Shown here piece after piece: positions 24,343-34,039 of a DNA stretch of 64,000 nt. Location of the stretch: the IMG/VR virus record IMGVR_UViG_3300027739_000008, one strand, 5' to 3'. Source of the stretch: an uncultured virus (IMG/VR IMGVR_UViG_3300027739_000008) (Duplodnaviria > Heunggongvirae > Uroviricota > Caudoviricetes). How positions within the stretch are numbered: position 1 is the first letter of the stretch; every line of letters starts with the position of its first letter. The translations under genes and the position numbers were made by a program. Below the pieces are notes generated by a model. That model saw only the letters and a program-made list of their open reading frames with translations. It ran no database searches and was not told the origin of the DNA.

Positions 24343-25593
24343 ATGCCCCGAATCCAGATCAACGCCGTTTATCAACAACTTTTCCACAAGAACCGGCTCC
24401 GCGAGGATGTCCGGTACTTTTGCGAATACGGCGGAAGAAGAAGTGCCAAGAGCTTCGATACCGTGCAAGCTATCTGTTTAACGATACTTCAGGAGCCCGG
24501 ACATTTCGTGGTTGCGATCCGCAAGGTCGGAGCGACGCTCAAGGATTCTGTCTTTTCCGAGTACGCGGACTTTTTCAGGCGCAACGGGATCAAAGTCGCG
24601 ATAAACAAGACCGACAAGGAAATCGGGCTGCCGAACGGCTCGCGTATTCGGTGTTTCGGGCTGGATGACGCGGAAAAGCTGAAATCCCTCAAGGGCGCGA
24701 CCATTATCCATTTCGAGGAAGCGAACGAAATTTCGGAAAATGATTTCGATTCGGTGGACGCCGGATTGTCGCCCGCGAACTATCCCGCGCGTATTTTCAT
24801 GACGTTCAACCCGATACCCCAGATTCCCGGCTCGATGCACTGGCTACAACGGCGCTTTCTTCAGGTTCCGCACACATTATCCACAGCGGTCATCGACAAA
24901 AAGACGAACGCACTTATTCTCCGAACGTGGTACAAGGACAATGCATTTTGCCCGGAGGCGTCCCGAAAGGTGCTCGAAGGCTATAAAGAGACGAACCCCG
25001 AAAAGTACAAGCTCTGGGCGCTCGGGGAGTTCACGAAGCTGGAAGGGTGTGTATTCACGAAATGGAACGTTGTCGCGTCGGTGCCCGAGGAGATGCTCCA
25101 CGACGACATCGGGGTTGGGCTTGACTTTGGCTTTTCCAATGACCCATCGGCAGCGGGTCGCGTGTGGGTGCGCGAGTCGACGCGCGAGATATGGTTTCAA
25201 GAACTGGTTTACAAGACCGACCTCTTCAATGATGCCTTGTACGCTGAGCTTAAAGAGCGTGGCGTAGGGGAATACGAGGAAGTGACGGCTGACTCCGCGC
25301 GTCCCGACATTATCGGCGATTTGTATAGGCTCGGGCTTATGGGTATAAAGGGAGTCCAGAAAAAGGCAAACTACAAAGAGGACGTTGCTACCCGACTTCA
25401 GGGGTACACGATCCACGTTATCGAAGGCTCGACGAACATGGTCCGCGAAATATCGACCTACGCTTGGGCGCGGGACAAAAACGGGAACCAGATGCCGAAA
25501 CTACAGGACGGCGACGACCATTTAATTGACTGCCTGATCATGAAAATGCACGAGCACACGGGGCAGGTGAGCATTTTGGACGTTGTCGGCTAA
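24343..25593 (+). CDS. terL: Terminase large subunit (PBSX/Terminase_3 family)
   Basis: GGRRSAKS, GLDD.EKLKS, EEANE, TFNP, GLDFGFSNDP, DSARP, DHLID. Confidence 0.95.
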   Translation: MPRIQINAVYQQLFHKNRLREDVRYFCEYGGRRSAKSFDTVQAICLTILQEPGHFVVAIRKVGATLKDSVFSEYADFFRRNGIKVAINKTDKEIGLPNGSRIRCFGLDDAEKLKSLKGATIIHFEEANEISENDFDSVDAGLSPANYPARIFMTFNPIPQIPGSMHWLQRRFLQVPHTLSTAVIDKKTNALILRTWYKDNAFCPEASRKVLEGYKETNPEKYKLWALGEFTKLEGCVFTKWNVVASVPEEMLHDDIGVGLDFGFSNDPSAAGRVWVRESTREIWFQELVYKTDLFNDALYAELKERGVGEYEEVTADSARPDIIGDLYRLGLMGIKGVQKKANYKEDVATRLQGYTIHVIEGSTNMVREISTYAWARDKNGNQMPKLQDGDDHLIDCLIMKMHEHTGQVSILDVVG

Positions 25594-25641
25594 TTGTTTG
25601 CCGTCACTTGATAAAATACCAAAACCGGAGGATACTACCGT

Positions 25642-27066
25642 ATGTCCAACAAAAAACACGCGCGAACGCAGATAAATAACTCCCTGACCGATCTTTCCGG
25701 CCTTTTGGGGGCCGCGGCGACCGGGGGCTCGGCACTCTCGGGATACAACACCATCGGGTTTTCCAATAACTATTCCCTCGTTACCCTTAACCGCATAATC
25801 CTGACATATTTTTACGCGGGGAACGGGCTTTTCCAGACCGCCGTGCAGCTTCCCATCCAGGACGCTTTGGCGAAGGGGATCAAGATCGAGTCGGGCGAGC
25901 TTGCCCCGGAAGAGATCGACCAGATTCTCGACTGGTTTGAATCGCACAACGTCTTCGCCGCGCTCGAGAACTTCTGGACGTGGGTGCGGGTGTACGGTGG
26001 CGGTGCGCTCATTATCAATACCGACCAAGACCCCGAGAAGCCGCTTGACTATAAGCGGCTCAAGAGGTCGCCTATTGAGTTCTACGACGTGGACCGCTGG
26101 CAGCTTTCCGTCTCGGGCACGGAGATGAATTCCATCATGGAATACGACGATATGACCAACTCGGACGAGTTCTACCTCAACGGGCAGAAAATCAACCGAT
26201 CGCGCGTCATCATCGGGCAGGGCAAGAGGGCGCCGTCATATATTCGCCGGATCTTGCGCGGCTGGGGCATGAGTGAACTTGAGCGCATGATCAGGGATAT
26301 TCAACTCTATCTCAAGACCGGAGACGTTCTTTTTGAGATCCTCGACGAGTCGAAGCTCGACATTTACCATATCGAGGGATTCGCCCAAAAGCTCCTGACG
26401 GCCGGCGGAACGCAGTCAATCGCGAACCGCGTCAAAGAAGCCAACAAAATAAAGAACTACACGAACGGACTTATCCTGGACAAGAACGAGGAATTCGAGC
26501 AGAAACAACTTTCTTTCGGCGGTCTTGCGGAAGTTATGCGCGAGAACCGTATCGGCGTCGCGTCGGCGCTCAGGATGCCTATGACGAAGCTTTTCGGGAT
26601 ATCCGCCTCGGGATTCTCGACGGGCGAGTCGGATACGGACAACTATAATGAAATGGTGGAATCCGAAATCCGAATGAAAATGCGCCCCGCAATTCGCCAG
26701 TGCATTGAATTGGCGTGCGCGAACTTGTGGGGGTATGTACCGTCGTTCCGCTTCACGTTCCCCCCGCTCAAAGTTACGCCGGCGCTCGATCAAGAGCAAA
26801 TAAAAGCGAGTATGACGACGCGGTTGCTCGCCCTCGTTTCGGCTGGCTTGGTTCCCGGTAAAAAGATCGGCGACGAGCTGGCGGCGGCTGACGCAATATC
26901 GGCGGAATTGGCCGCGGCCTTCGTGGATAATCCTCTTCCTTCCCAACCCGGACAAGAGGGTGCGCCCGAGGATGGCGGAGGGATCGAAGTATATCGGGCG
27001 GAGAAAGAGGCCAAAAAGAATATGAGTTTGCTCGGGTGGATGAAACAAAAAGATGTTAAGGGTTAA
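25642..27066 (+). CDS. Portal protein (DUF1073 family)
   Basis: RVYGGG, SRVI, GWGMS.L, SFGGL, PMTKLFG.S.SGFSTGESD..NY. Confidence 0.9.
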   Translation: MSNKKHARTQINNSLTDLSGLLGAAATGGSALSGYNTIGFSNNYSLVTLNRIILTYFYAGNGLFQTAVQLPIQDALAKGIKIESGELAPEEIDQILDWFESHNVFAALENFWTWVRVYGGGALIINTDQDPEKPLDYKRLKRSPIEFYDVDRWQLSVSGTEMNSIMEYDDMTNSDEFYLNGQKINRSRVIIGQGKRAPSYIRRILRGWGMSELERMIRDIQLYLKTGDVLFEILDESKLDIYHIEGFAQKLLTAGGTQSIANRVKEANKIKNYTNGLILDKNEEFEQKQLSFGGLAEVMRENRIGVASALRMPMTKLFGISASGFSTGESDTDNYNEMVESEIRMKMRPAIRQCIELACANLWGYVPSFRFTFPPLKVTPALDQEQIKASMTTRLLALVSAGLVPGKKIGDELAAADAISAELAAAFVDNPLPSQPGQEGAPEDGGGIEVYRAEKEAKKNMSLLGWMKQKDVKG

Positions 27067-27994
27067 AGATTCCTATTTTTCCGACACCGACGACCATCTC
27101 CGGCGCGTATTCTACGAAACGTATTTCGCGCCGCTCTTGGCCGCGATACCCCGCGCACCGAAGCTGAACGCCTCAAGCAACGCCCTTCTCGCGGCCTTGT
27201 CTTCCGGGCGCGTCATTTACAAGGACGGCGTTTTCTCGGGGTCGTTTAATGCGTCGATTTCCATGAACTTGGCCGCCTTCGCGAAATTCGACCGGCACAC
27301 GAAAAAATGGTACGGGCGGCCACCTTCGAACGTGTTGGCATCGGCAATCATGGCGAACGACAAGCGGGCGGCACTGATAAATAAAATAAATCAAGAGATA
27401 GACAACTTGGCAAAAAAGGCCGACGAAACCGTCAAAACGCTCTCATTTTCGACCGATTTGCCACTTTTCTCGATGAATCAGGACGTTTTGGAGACGCTTC
27501 CCCTCGGGACACGCCCAACACTGGACGCCCGGACGGCCGAGAAATTGCGGAAAGATTATACCGAATCTCAGCGGCTGAACGTCAAAAACTGGACGCCCGA
27601 GCAAATCGTGCGCCTCCGCGAGATGGTCGAACGGTATCAAACATCGGAAACAAACGAATCTCTAACCGATATGATTATGAAGGAATGGGACGTTTCCGCG
27701 AACAAGGCCAACTTTCTGGCCCGACAAGAAACGTCGCTTTTTTTCTCGAAATTCTCGATGAACCGCGCAAGTTCGGCGGGGGTGCGGAAATACCGATGGT
27801 CAACGTCGCACGACGGAAGGGTACGGGACAAACTGCCGGGACGCGCAAAAAACGCGCCGAACCATGAACATCTTGACGGTGAGATTTTTACCGTTGATGG
27901 GCCGGGGGGAGTGGTTGATTTGAAGACGGGGCGGCGCGCGCATCCAGGGGAAGACTATAATTGCCGGTGCGCGGCTATTTGGGTGTTGGAGTGA
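27053..27994 (+). CDS. Head morphogenesis protein (SPP1 gp7/MuF)
   Basis: AR.ET, Y.WSTSHD.RVR, H..LDG, HPGEDYNCRC. Confidence 0.9.
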   Translation: MLRVKDSYFSDTDDHLRRVFYETYFAPLLAAIPRAPKLNASSNALLAALSSGRVIYKDGVFSGSFNASISMNLAAFAKFDRHTKKWYGRPPSNVLASAIMANDKRAALINKINQEIDNLAKKADETVKTLSFSTDLPLFSMNQDVLETLPLGTRPTLDARTAEKLRKDYTESQRLNVKNWTPEQIVRLREMVERYQTSETNESLTDMIMKEWDVSANKANFLARQETSLFFSKFSMNRASSAGVRKYRWSTSHDGRVRDKLPGRAKNAPNHEHLDGEIFTVDGPGGVVDLKTGRRAHPGEDYNCRCAAIWVLE

Positions 27995-28037
27995 CTACCG
28001 CGAGCTACCGCGAGTCGAGTTGAAGCAGTTGTTAGCT
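27995..28037 (-). repeat. Truncated attC (R''/L'' half only)
   Basis: AGCTAACAACTGCTTCAACTCGACTCGCGGTAGCTCGCG, nearly identical to left part of attC A; right arm absent. Confidence 0.8.
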
Positions 28038-28322
28038 TATTGACTGTAACCATTCTTCCGGCGTTTTATACTCTGTGTATTCAAGCGCATTGCATACGCA
28101 GAACTCAGGATAGACTTGGTCGTTATCATCAAATAAATCGCGCGATGCTTTAGTAAAAAGTTTCTGACAAGTATCGCAGGTATAAATTGCAGAAAAATCA
28201 CCGTATGAAATGTTTGTCTGGTAGTTCATTATTGACCCGGCAGGGAATAAACGACCGCAAGCAAAACACATATGAGATTTTTTTGTCTTTACGATTTTAT
28301 CCGTTAACACTTCGCAACTCAT
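28032..28322 (-). CDS. Solo cassette gene, Zn-finger-like phage protein
   Basis: KT.K.H.CFACG, CDTC, C.C; stop TAA in R'' box. Confidence 0.8.
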   Translation of the reverse strand: MSCEVLTDKIVKTKKSHMCFACGRLFPAGSIMNYQTNISYGDFSAIYTCDTCQKLFTKASRDLFDDNDQVYPEFCVCNALEYTEYKTPEEWLQSIS

Positions 28323-28379
28323 AAAACCCCCTCTTCCGGCTGGCTATCCGTGTAACGCAGTTACGCGGTTGTCCAGTCC

Positions 28380-28454
28380 AGCTAACATAAATTAGACTGT
28401 TCAGCCTAACTTCCTTCTTGTTTTAATTCTATACCCTTTTTTAACTCCAGTCAA
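28380..28454 (-). promoter_or_regulatory. Pc-like promoter plus attI-like site for solo cassette
   Basis: TTGACT-17-TAGAAT (28454-28426), then TTAGGCTG-AA-CAGTCTAA-TTTAT-GTTAGCT. Confidence 0.6.
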
Positions 28455-28505
28455 CACAAATCGCCCCACGTTGACAAATCCCAATAAACAACGGATTATA
28501 TACTA

Positions 28506-29555
28506 ATGGCAGAGCCGAAATCTTATAAAACCAGATTTATCGAACCCGGAATTATGTCGTATGAAGACAAAGAGCAGGGTGTGGTCCTCGTCTCAAAAGA
28601 GACCCTGGATCGCATGGCCGCGAGTTTTCGGAATAAGCCGGTTATTTTCATACCTGAAATGCACGACAATTCAGACGAAAAAACCGCGTTCAATTTCGAT
28701 GACCTTTCCGCCAATCCCGCGTCAGGAATCATAACAGGCATACCGTATTGGGGCGATGATGGCTGGCAATGGGTCGAAATGTCCGTTTGGGACGAAGCGG
28801 CTCAAGAGGCGCTTGATTCTGGCTATTCCGTATCGTGCGCGTATGACGCGGACGAAGACAACACAGGCGGAATATGGCACGAAATCCCGTACACGTCCGA
28901 GGTGACGGACGGGAAGTATATGCACATGGCAATAGTCCCGAAGCCCCGATACGAGGGGTCACGGGTACTGGCAAATAGTAAGGGCCCGGTTGCGGGTTCT
29001 TGCGGAGATAGTAGTAAGGGGGATGCATTGAATATTTTCAAGAAAAAAAACGCTGCCCCTCCGGTTCCGGAAAAGAAAGCAGTTCCCCTTGCGGGAAAGG
29101 AAACTCCGGCCGAGGAAAAAGCGGAACTCATGAACGATGACACCATGGTTGACGTGAACGGAACTCCCGTTCCCCTCCACGAGCTTGTCTCGAACTATGA
29201 GGAAAAGAACGGCGCGGGAGCTCAGGCTCCGCTTGCCGACGAGGACGAAGTCGCACTTTCCGACGGAACGAAAGTAACGCTGGCTGACCTGAAGGCCGCG
29301 TATGCCGGTGGTGGCGAAGCAGAAGCACCCGAAGCCCCGCTCGAGAACGCCGAAGCACCGACCGATACCGTCGCGGCTCCCGTCATCGACGAGACCAAGC
29401 AGCGCGCCAACAGCGCCACGCCCCGGACCGTCAACGCCAAGCTCAAAAACGCGGCGTCCGAATCCGGCTATGTCGCGGACAAGATCGAGACCGGTGCGTC
29501 CCGCCTCGAGCGCGGACGGACCCGGTATTCTCTTCCCGTGAAAGGAGGTAAGTAA
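28506..29555 (+). CDS. Capsid maturation protease/scaffold (DUF2213-like)
   Basis: PGI..Y, SF.NKPV, VSCAY, HMAIV..PRY; acidic C-terminal scaffold. Confidence 0.8.
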   Translation: MAEPKSYKTRFIEPGIMSYEDKEQGVVLVSKETLDRMAASFRNKPVIFIPEMHDNSDEKTAFNFDDLSANPASGIITGIPYWGDDGWQWVEMSVWDEAAQEALDSGYSVSCAYDADEDNTGGIWHEIPYTSEVTDGKYMHMAIVPKPRYEGSRVLANSKGPVAGSCGDSSKGDALNIFKKKNAAPPVPEKKAVPLAGKETPAEEKAELMNDDTMVDVNGTPVPLHELVSNYEEKNGAGAQAPLADEDEVALSDGTKVTLADLKAAYAGGGEAEAPEAPLENAEAPTDTVAAPVIDETKQRANSATPRTVNAKLKNAASESGYVADKIETGASRLERGRTRYSLPVKGGK

Positions 29556-29558
29556 CCT

Positions 29559-30044
29559 ATGGGTACTACCAATATGAACGTTTTCCAGCCTGGAATTGCG
29601 GTCGGTGATCTTGACCTCAATTACTTCGGCGGCGAAAACGTCGTTACCGTGAAGGTCGATCCGACCGACACGACCAACAAGTTCTACGCCGGACAGGGCG
29701 TAATCCTCAAGGACTGCGGCGCCGATGACGTCGCGGGCGCTCCGATCGCCGGAGTGCGTTCGGGCGATACTATCGCCATTTTCGGCGTCCGCAAGCGGTC
29801 CCTCAAACAGGCCTACAACGAGGGCGGGCAGGAAATGGAAGTCGCCATCCGTGGCGCGGTAATGTGGTTCAAGGCTTCCGTGGCTCTTGCTCGCGGTGTG
29901 GCGGTAACGCTCGACACGGCGACTCCGGGCAACGTCAAAGCGCAGACCACTAAGGCTTTCCTGGGGTATACCCTCGATAAAGTCGCCCAGAATGGCATGG
30001 TCCGGGTTATGCTCGGATGCGACGCCCTTACGGCGGGGAGCTGA
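29559..30044 (+). CDS. Capsid decoration/cement protein
   Basis: 161 aa between scaffold and major capsid; AAGGAGG RBS. Confidence 0.65.
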   Translation: MGTTNMNVFQPGIAVGDLDLNYFGGENVVTVKVDPTDTTNKFYAGQGVILKDCGADDVAGAPIAGVRSGDTIAIFGVRKRSLKQAYNEGGQEMEVAIRGAVMWFKASVALARGVAVTLDTATPGNVKAQTTKAFLGYTLDKVAQNGMVRVMLGCDALTAGS

Positions 30045-30049
30045 TCAAC

Positions 30050-31030
30050 ATGATAAACAAACGAGCATTTTTTAACGCCGCGGGTGATTTCGATACCTCC
30101 GGAGCCGGTTTCCAGTATGCGATCAACACGATGTCGCAGATTCGCGCGGAGATCATCAAGCAGATTTTCTTCGAGATTTCTATCGCGGACTATCTGCCCG
30201 TCGATGTCGGCTTCGCGGCATGGAAGAGCGAGATCGTCCAGAATCTCGAATTCCTTTCCGTGGGTCGCTTCGCTGACGGTATCGTCAATCAGGGCAATTC
30301 TCGCCGGCCGAAGGTCGACGCCGGAATCAGCCAGATCCGTATGCCGATCAAGACGTGGGCGGTCAAGACGACCTGGACCATCGCGGAAATTGCCGAAGCG
30401 GCAAGCGCGGGCAACTGGGACGTCGTGGAGTCGAAACTCCGCGCGCTCAAGAAAGACTGGGACCTTGGAATCCAGGAAACGGCCTTCAACGGCCTGACCG
30501 GCGACGACGAGATCACGGGTCTTTTGACCAACGCGAACGTCAATATCAACACCACGCTGATTACCGAAGACGTTTCAGGCATGAGTGACGCGGAATTCCA
30601 GACCTTCGTGAAAGGCCTCCTGACCGCGTACTACGCGAACTCGAACAGCACCCGGCTGCCGACCAAGCTGATTATGCCGACTGCCGATTACCTCGGCATG
30701 GCAACGGCCGCTTCCGCGACGTTCCCGAATATCTCGAAAATCGAGTACCTCGAGAATTCGCTCAAGAAGATGACCGCAAACGACGGATTCAAGATCCTCC
30801 CGCTGACCTACGCGCAGAGCGACAAGAACCCCGCCGCGAAGGATCGCTACGTGCTGTACCGCGACGACCCGGAGACCCTGAAGCTGACGATCCCCGTCGA
30901 CATGACGATGAATCAGGCCTACACGATAAACGGCTTCGACTTCGAGCAGCTTGCCTACGGCCAGTTCTCGGGCGTCCTCATCGGACGGCCCCGCGAGGTG
31001 CTGTACTTCGACAAGACCGCGACGACCTAA
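30050..31030 (+). CDS. Major capsid protein (DUF2184-like)
   Basis: Size and position; W...E...A, AF.G, GLLTN.NV, P..L.MP motifs; followed by strong terminator. Confidence 0.85.
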   Translation: MINKRAFFNAAGDFDTSGAGFQYAINTMSQIRAEIIKQIFFEISIADYLPVDVGFAAWKSEIVQNLEFLSVGRFADGIVNQGNSRRPKVDAGISQIRMPIKTWAVKTTWTIAEIAEAASAGNWDVVESKLRALKKDWDLGIQETAFNGLTGDDEITGLLTNANVNINTTLITEDVSGMSDAEFQTFVKGLLTAYYANSNSTRLPTKLIMPTADYLGMATAASATFPNISKIEYLENSLKKMTANDGFKILPLTYAQSDKNPAAKDRYVLYRDDPETLKLTIPVDMTMNQAYTINGFDFEQLAYGQFSGVLIGRPREVLYFDKTATT

Positions 31031-31066
31031 AACTAAGCCGCCCTGTAATGGGGCGGCTTAGTTTTA
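31031..31066. terminator. Bidirectional terminator
   Basis: AACTAAGCCGCCC-tgtaatg-GGGCGGCTTAGTT-TT between convergent genes. Confidence 0.85.
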
Positions 31067-31270
31067 TTTGATTAGATTACCGTCGCGAATGCCGAGCATG
31101 ATATCGTTGTTTAATTCTCGCCATTCTTCATCCCAATAATCATTACAGGCTTTTTTACAAAACGGGCAAAGGTTTCTATAGTTTTTTTCATTATCTTGAT
31201 AGGCCGTATTCATGCGAACCCTTTCGGCGTCTTGACTATCGCACGGCCCTTCCCATCCTTCGCACTGCAT
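31064..31270 (-). CDS. Cys-containing hypothetical (moron-like)
   Basis: AAGGAG RBS; CEG...C...CPFC. Confidence 0.65.
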   Translation of the reverse strand: MQCEGWEGPCDSQDAERVRMNTAYQDNEKNYRNLCPFCKKACNDYWDEEWRELNNDIMLGIRDGNLIK

Positions 31271-31311
31271 ATTTCTCCTTCTCCCGGAGGCGCTCCGGGC
31301 TGGCGGTTATA

Positions 31312-31575
31312 TTAGAAGAGCGTTTTTTGCTCTTGATTTATTTTCTCAATGGCGATCATTTTCGCTTCAGTGCCAAACTCGCCTTTTTTGATTTCGCTTG
31401 AATGAACACGGACTTCATCATTTGTCAGAAATATCAGAATCGGGGTAAGGTCTGCATCAAGCAATTTTTGTATTGCCTTATTTACCGAAACAGTAATTTC
31501 AAACGGGAATCCTTTTTTATAGGACTCCTCGATTATCATGTTATAGCCCTTATATTCGACATTCATTCCGTTCAT
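31312..31575 (-). CDS. Hypothetical (moron-like, AT-rich)
   Basis: Downstream of leftward TTGTTT...TATAAT at ~31618-31645; start uncertain. Confidence 0.5.
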   Translation of the reverse strand: MNGMNVEYKGYNMIIEESYKKGFPFEITVSVNKAIQKLLDADLTPILIFLTNDEVRVHSSEIKKGEFGTEAKMIAIEKINQEQKTLF

Positions 31576-31705
31576 CCCCGTCCATCCTTTGCGCTTCTCG
31601 CGCCCTGTTGATTTAATATTATACCATAAAATAAAAATAAACAAGCCCTAAAAGTAATAATTCGTCATTATTTACAAAATCCCCCAAAAGCCCCATACTA
31701 CCCCC

Positions 31706-32491
31706 ATGACCCCCACTACTGTACTGATATTGGGCAACGGCCTTTCCCGTCTCGCGTTCGACGCCGCCATCCGCGCGCATACCGGCCCCGTCTGGGGGTG
31801 TAACGCAGTATATTTGGACTATGGCGACGTTTTGACGGCCCTTGCGGGGCATGATTGGTGCATGGCCGACGCCGCGCGGGTCCGGGCGGAAAAGGGGTAC
31901 AAATACAAGATTTTCGGGGGGCTCAAGTGGTCCGGGGATATTGGTGACGAGGCTTTCACGTGCAAGCCAATTTTCCGGGAGAATACAGGAACGACGTTGG
32001 TCGCCGAGGCGCTGAACAGGGGATATTCCGTTATCGCCTGCGGGTTTGACATGGGGGGCCCGGACGTATACTCGCCTGACCACGAAAAGAGGAACAAAAC
32101 GGTATGGGTGACACGGTGGAGGCTCGTTTTCGAGGAATTTGGAAGCGACCGGGTGACATTCTGGGGATACGATCACAAGCCGTTTCTTTTGCAAAAAGGG
32201 AACGCCCGAGAGTACTCAAAAAAATACATGGCCGGGGAGGTGCATATCCCTGATCCGGAATACGCGCGGGCGGTTGAGGAATGGGAAAATGACTATTCCC
32301 GAATATGGGCGCGGGTACCGAAAGCGCGTTTCAAGAATATCGGGAACCGCGAGTGGTATTTTGAAGAGATTCCCGGAGTGTTTCGGGGCGGGGCCGAGGT
32401 GATTATCCCCGAGGAACTGGCAAGGAAGCACGAAAAGGAATATCCCTTCGAGTTTTCCGTGGAAGCGGTCGGTGCCGTCGAGCCCTTGTGA
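31706..32491 (+). CDS. Rossmann-like protein (DUF115/MptE-/sialyltransferase-like N-terminus)
   Basis: VLILGNGLSR, VWGCNA.Y, TG..L..A, GFD motifs. Confidence 0.55.
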   Translation: MTPTTVLILGNGLSRLAFDAAIRAHTGPVWGCNAVYLDYGDVLTALAGHDWCMADAARVRAEKGYKYKIFGGLKWSGDIGDEAFTCKPIFRENTGTTLVAEALNRGYSVIACGFDMGGPDVYSPDHEKRNKTVWVTRWRLVFEEFGSDRVTFWGYDHKPFLLQKGNAREYSKKYMAGEVHIPDPEYARAVEEWENDYSRIWARVPKARFKNIGNREWYFEEIPGVFRGGAEVIIPEELARKHEKEYPFEFSVEAVGAVEPL

Positions 32492-32547
32492 TTTTTTTAA
32501 TTTATGGTATAATTACCATTATAACGCAATGAAAGGAGACTAACGAA

Positions 32548-32958
32548 ATGAACGCAATTACCATCTGGAATAAAGGGAAAAGGACGTGGCCGCTCAAGAA
32601 CTCCGAGGGCGTCGAGGTCCGTCTTGAACCGCAGGAATCCTGTCAGGTCGAGGAAGTCTACGGGCTTCGCATGGTCGCGGCGTATCCGAAAGACCTGACG
32701 ACGACCGGCGTCGCGGGCCCGTCCATCGACGACATCAAGCGGCGGGAGCAGAGCTTGCGTGATCGGGAAGCGAATCTGGACGCGCGAGAGAAGGCTCTGG
32801 ACGAGCGAGAAAAAGCCCTGAAAGAGCCCGCTCCAACAAAAGAAGAGCTTTTGAAGGAAGCGGAAGCGCTGGGGCTCAAACTCGATCCGGCCATGAGCGT
32901 GAAAAAGATCAAGGCCGCAATCGCCGAGAAAAAAGCCGAACCGCCAAAGGCCGAGTAA
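32548..32958 (+). CDS. Hypothetical coiled-coil protein with C-terminal HeH-like motif
   Basis: AAGGAG RBS; KEELLKEAEALG. Confidence 0.6.
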   Translation: MNAITIWNKGKRTWPLKNSEGVEVRLEPQESCQVEEVYGLRMVAAYPKDLTTTGVAGPSIDDIKRREQSLRDREANLDAREKALDEREKALKEPAPTKEELLKEAEALGLKLDPAMSVKKIKAAIAEKKAEPPKAE

Positions 32959-33381
32959 ATGGGAACCGTAACCCTCGCGTCATTCAAAACCCAGTTCGCC
33001 CGGAATTTCACGTTCGGCTCGGCCGTGCCCGATATCATGGACGCGGACATCACGAACGCGATTGCCGAGAAAGACGCGGTTTTTAATTTTTCTTTATATC
33101 CTACCGACCGCCCTGAAGCGGGAACGCTCTCCGAGCATTATCTGACGGCGCACTTCCTGACTACCGACGTGGACGCGGCGGACTCGGGCGGACAAACTAG
33201 ATTACTTCAGACAAGCCGCAGCGCGGACGGGGTTTCCGAGTCTCTGGACATTCCCGACTGGATGAAGCAGGGGGAATTCGCCTTTTACGCCTCGACCTAC
33301 TACGGGCAGAAATATTTGATTCTCTCGAAACCGTACCTCGACGGCGCGGTATTCTCGGTTGAAGGAGGGACAATGCCATGA
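32959..33381 (+). CDS. Head-tail adaptor (DUF4054-like)
   Basis: F..QF...F, YLTAH.L, S.S.DGVS, ST.YGQKY. Confidence 0.8.
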   Translation: MGTVTLASFKTQFARNFTFGSAVPDIMDADITNAIAEKDAVFNFSLYPTDRPEAGTLSEHYLTAHFLTTDVDAADSGGQTRLLQTSRSADGVSESLDIPDWMKQGEFAFYASTYYGQKYLILSKPYLDGAVFSVEGGTMP

Positions 33382-33566
33382 ACAAAAAACAGGCCAAGGC
33401 CACCCGCAAAGGCTACCGCGAGGCCGGGCAACTCTACTGGACGGACGAAATGGCCGCGATGCTCCGCAAGAAACAAAAAGAGCTCATCGCGTATCGCGTG
33501 GGGTTTCTTGCGTCCCTCGCGTTCGCCGTGGGCGTTGCCGTACTCTACGCGCGGGCGTTTTGGTGA
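33378..33566 (+). CDS. Small protein with C-terminal TM
   Basis: ATGA/GTGA overlaps both sides. Confidence 0.5.
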   Translation: MNKKQAKATRKGYREAGQLYWTDEMAAMLRKKQKELIAYRVGFLASLAFAVGVAVLYARAFW

Positions 33567-34039
33567 GTTTTAATATCCGCGACGGGCAATCCGAAATCCG
33601 TGGGGATTTTTCCGGGCTTGAAAAGCTCATCAAGGGGCTCAAGGAAGACCATTCCGTCGATATCGGGTATTTTAAGGACGCAAAGACGCCGGACGGGCAG
33701 AGCGTGGCCGCTTACATGGCTGCCAACGAATTCGGCTCAGTATCGCGGAAATTGCCCGTCCGTTCGTCCGTTCGTATGCCCCTGGAAAAGAAGCAAAAAG
33801 AAATAGCCGCGTATGCTGAAGGGCACGCTCGCGAGCATATCGAGTCGGGCGACGTCAAGGCGATTTTCGAGGACATTGGGATCGCGGGACAGGCCAAGAT
33901 TCAAGAGGCGTTCGATACTGACGGATTCGGGACGTGGCCGCCCGACTCGGATAAAACTATCGCGCGGAAGGGATCTGATGCGGTGTTGATTGATACCGGC
34001 TTGGCCAGAAAGTCAGTGACGTATGAGGTGGATAGATGA
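33563..34039 (+). CDS. Neck/tail-completion protein
   Basis: NEFG...P.RS..R, P....TIARKGS...LIDTG; GTG start inferred. Confidence 0.75.
   Translation: MSFNIRDGQSEIRGDFSGLEKLIKGLKEDHSVDIGYFKDAKTPDGQSVAAYMAANEFGSVSRKLPVRSSVRMPLEKKQKEIAAYAEGHAREHIESGDVKAIFEDIGIAGQAKIQEAFDTDGFGTWPPDSDKTIARKGSDAVLIDTGLARKSVTYEVDR

Noticed and set aside
33359..33562. Extended start of the neck gene
   Set aside because: Overlaps the better-supported 33378-33566 ORF; GTG 33563 gives normal coupling
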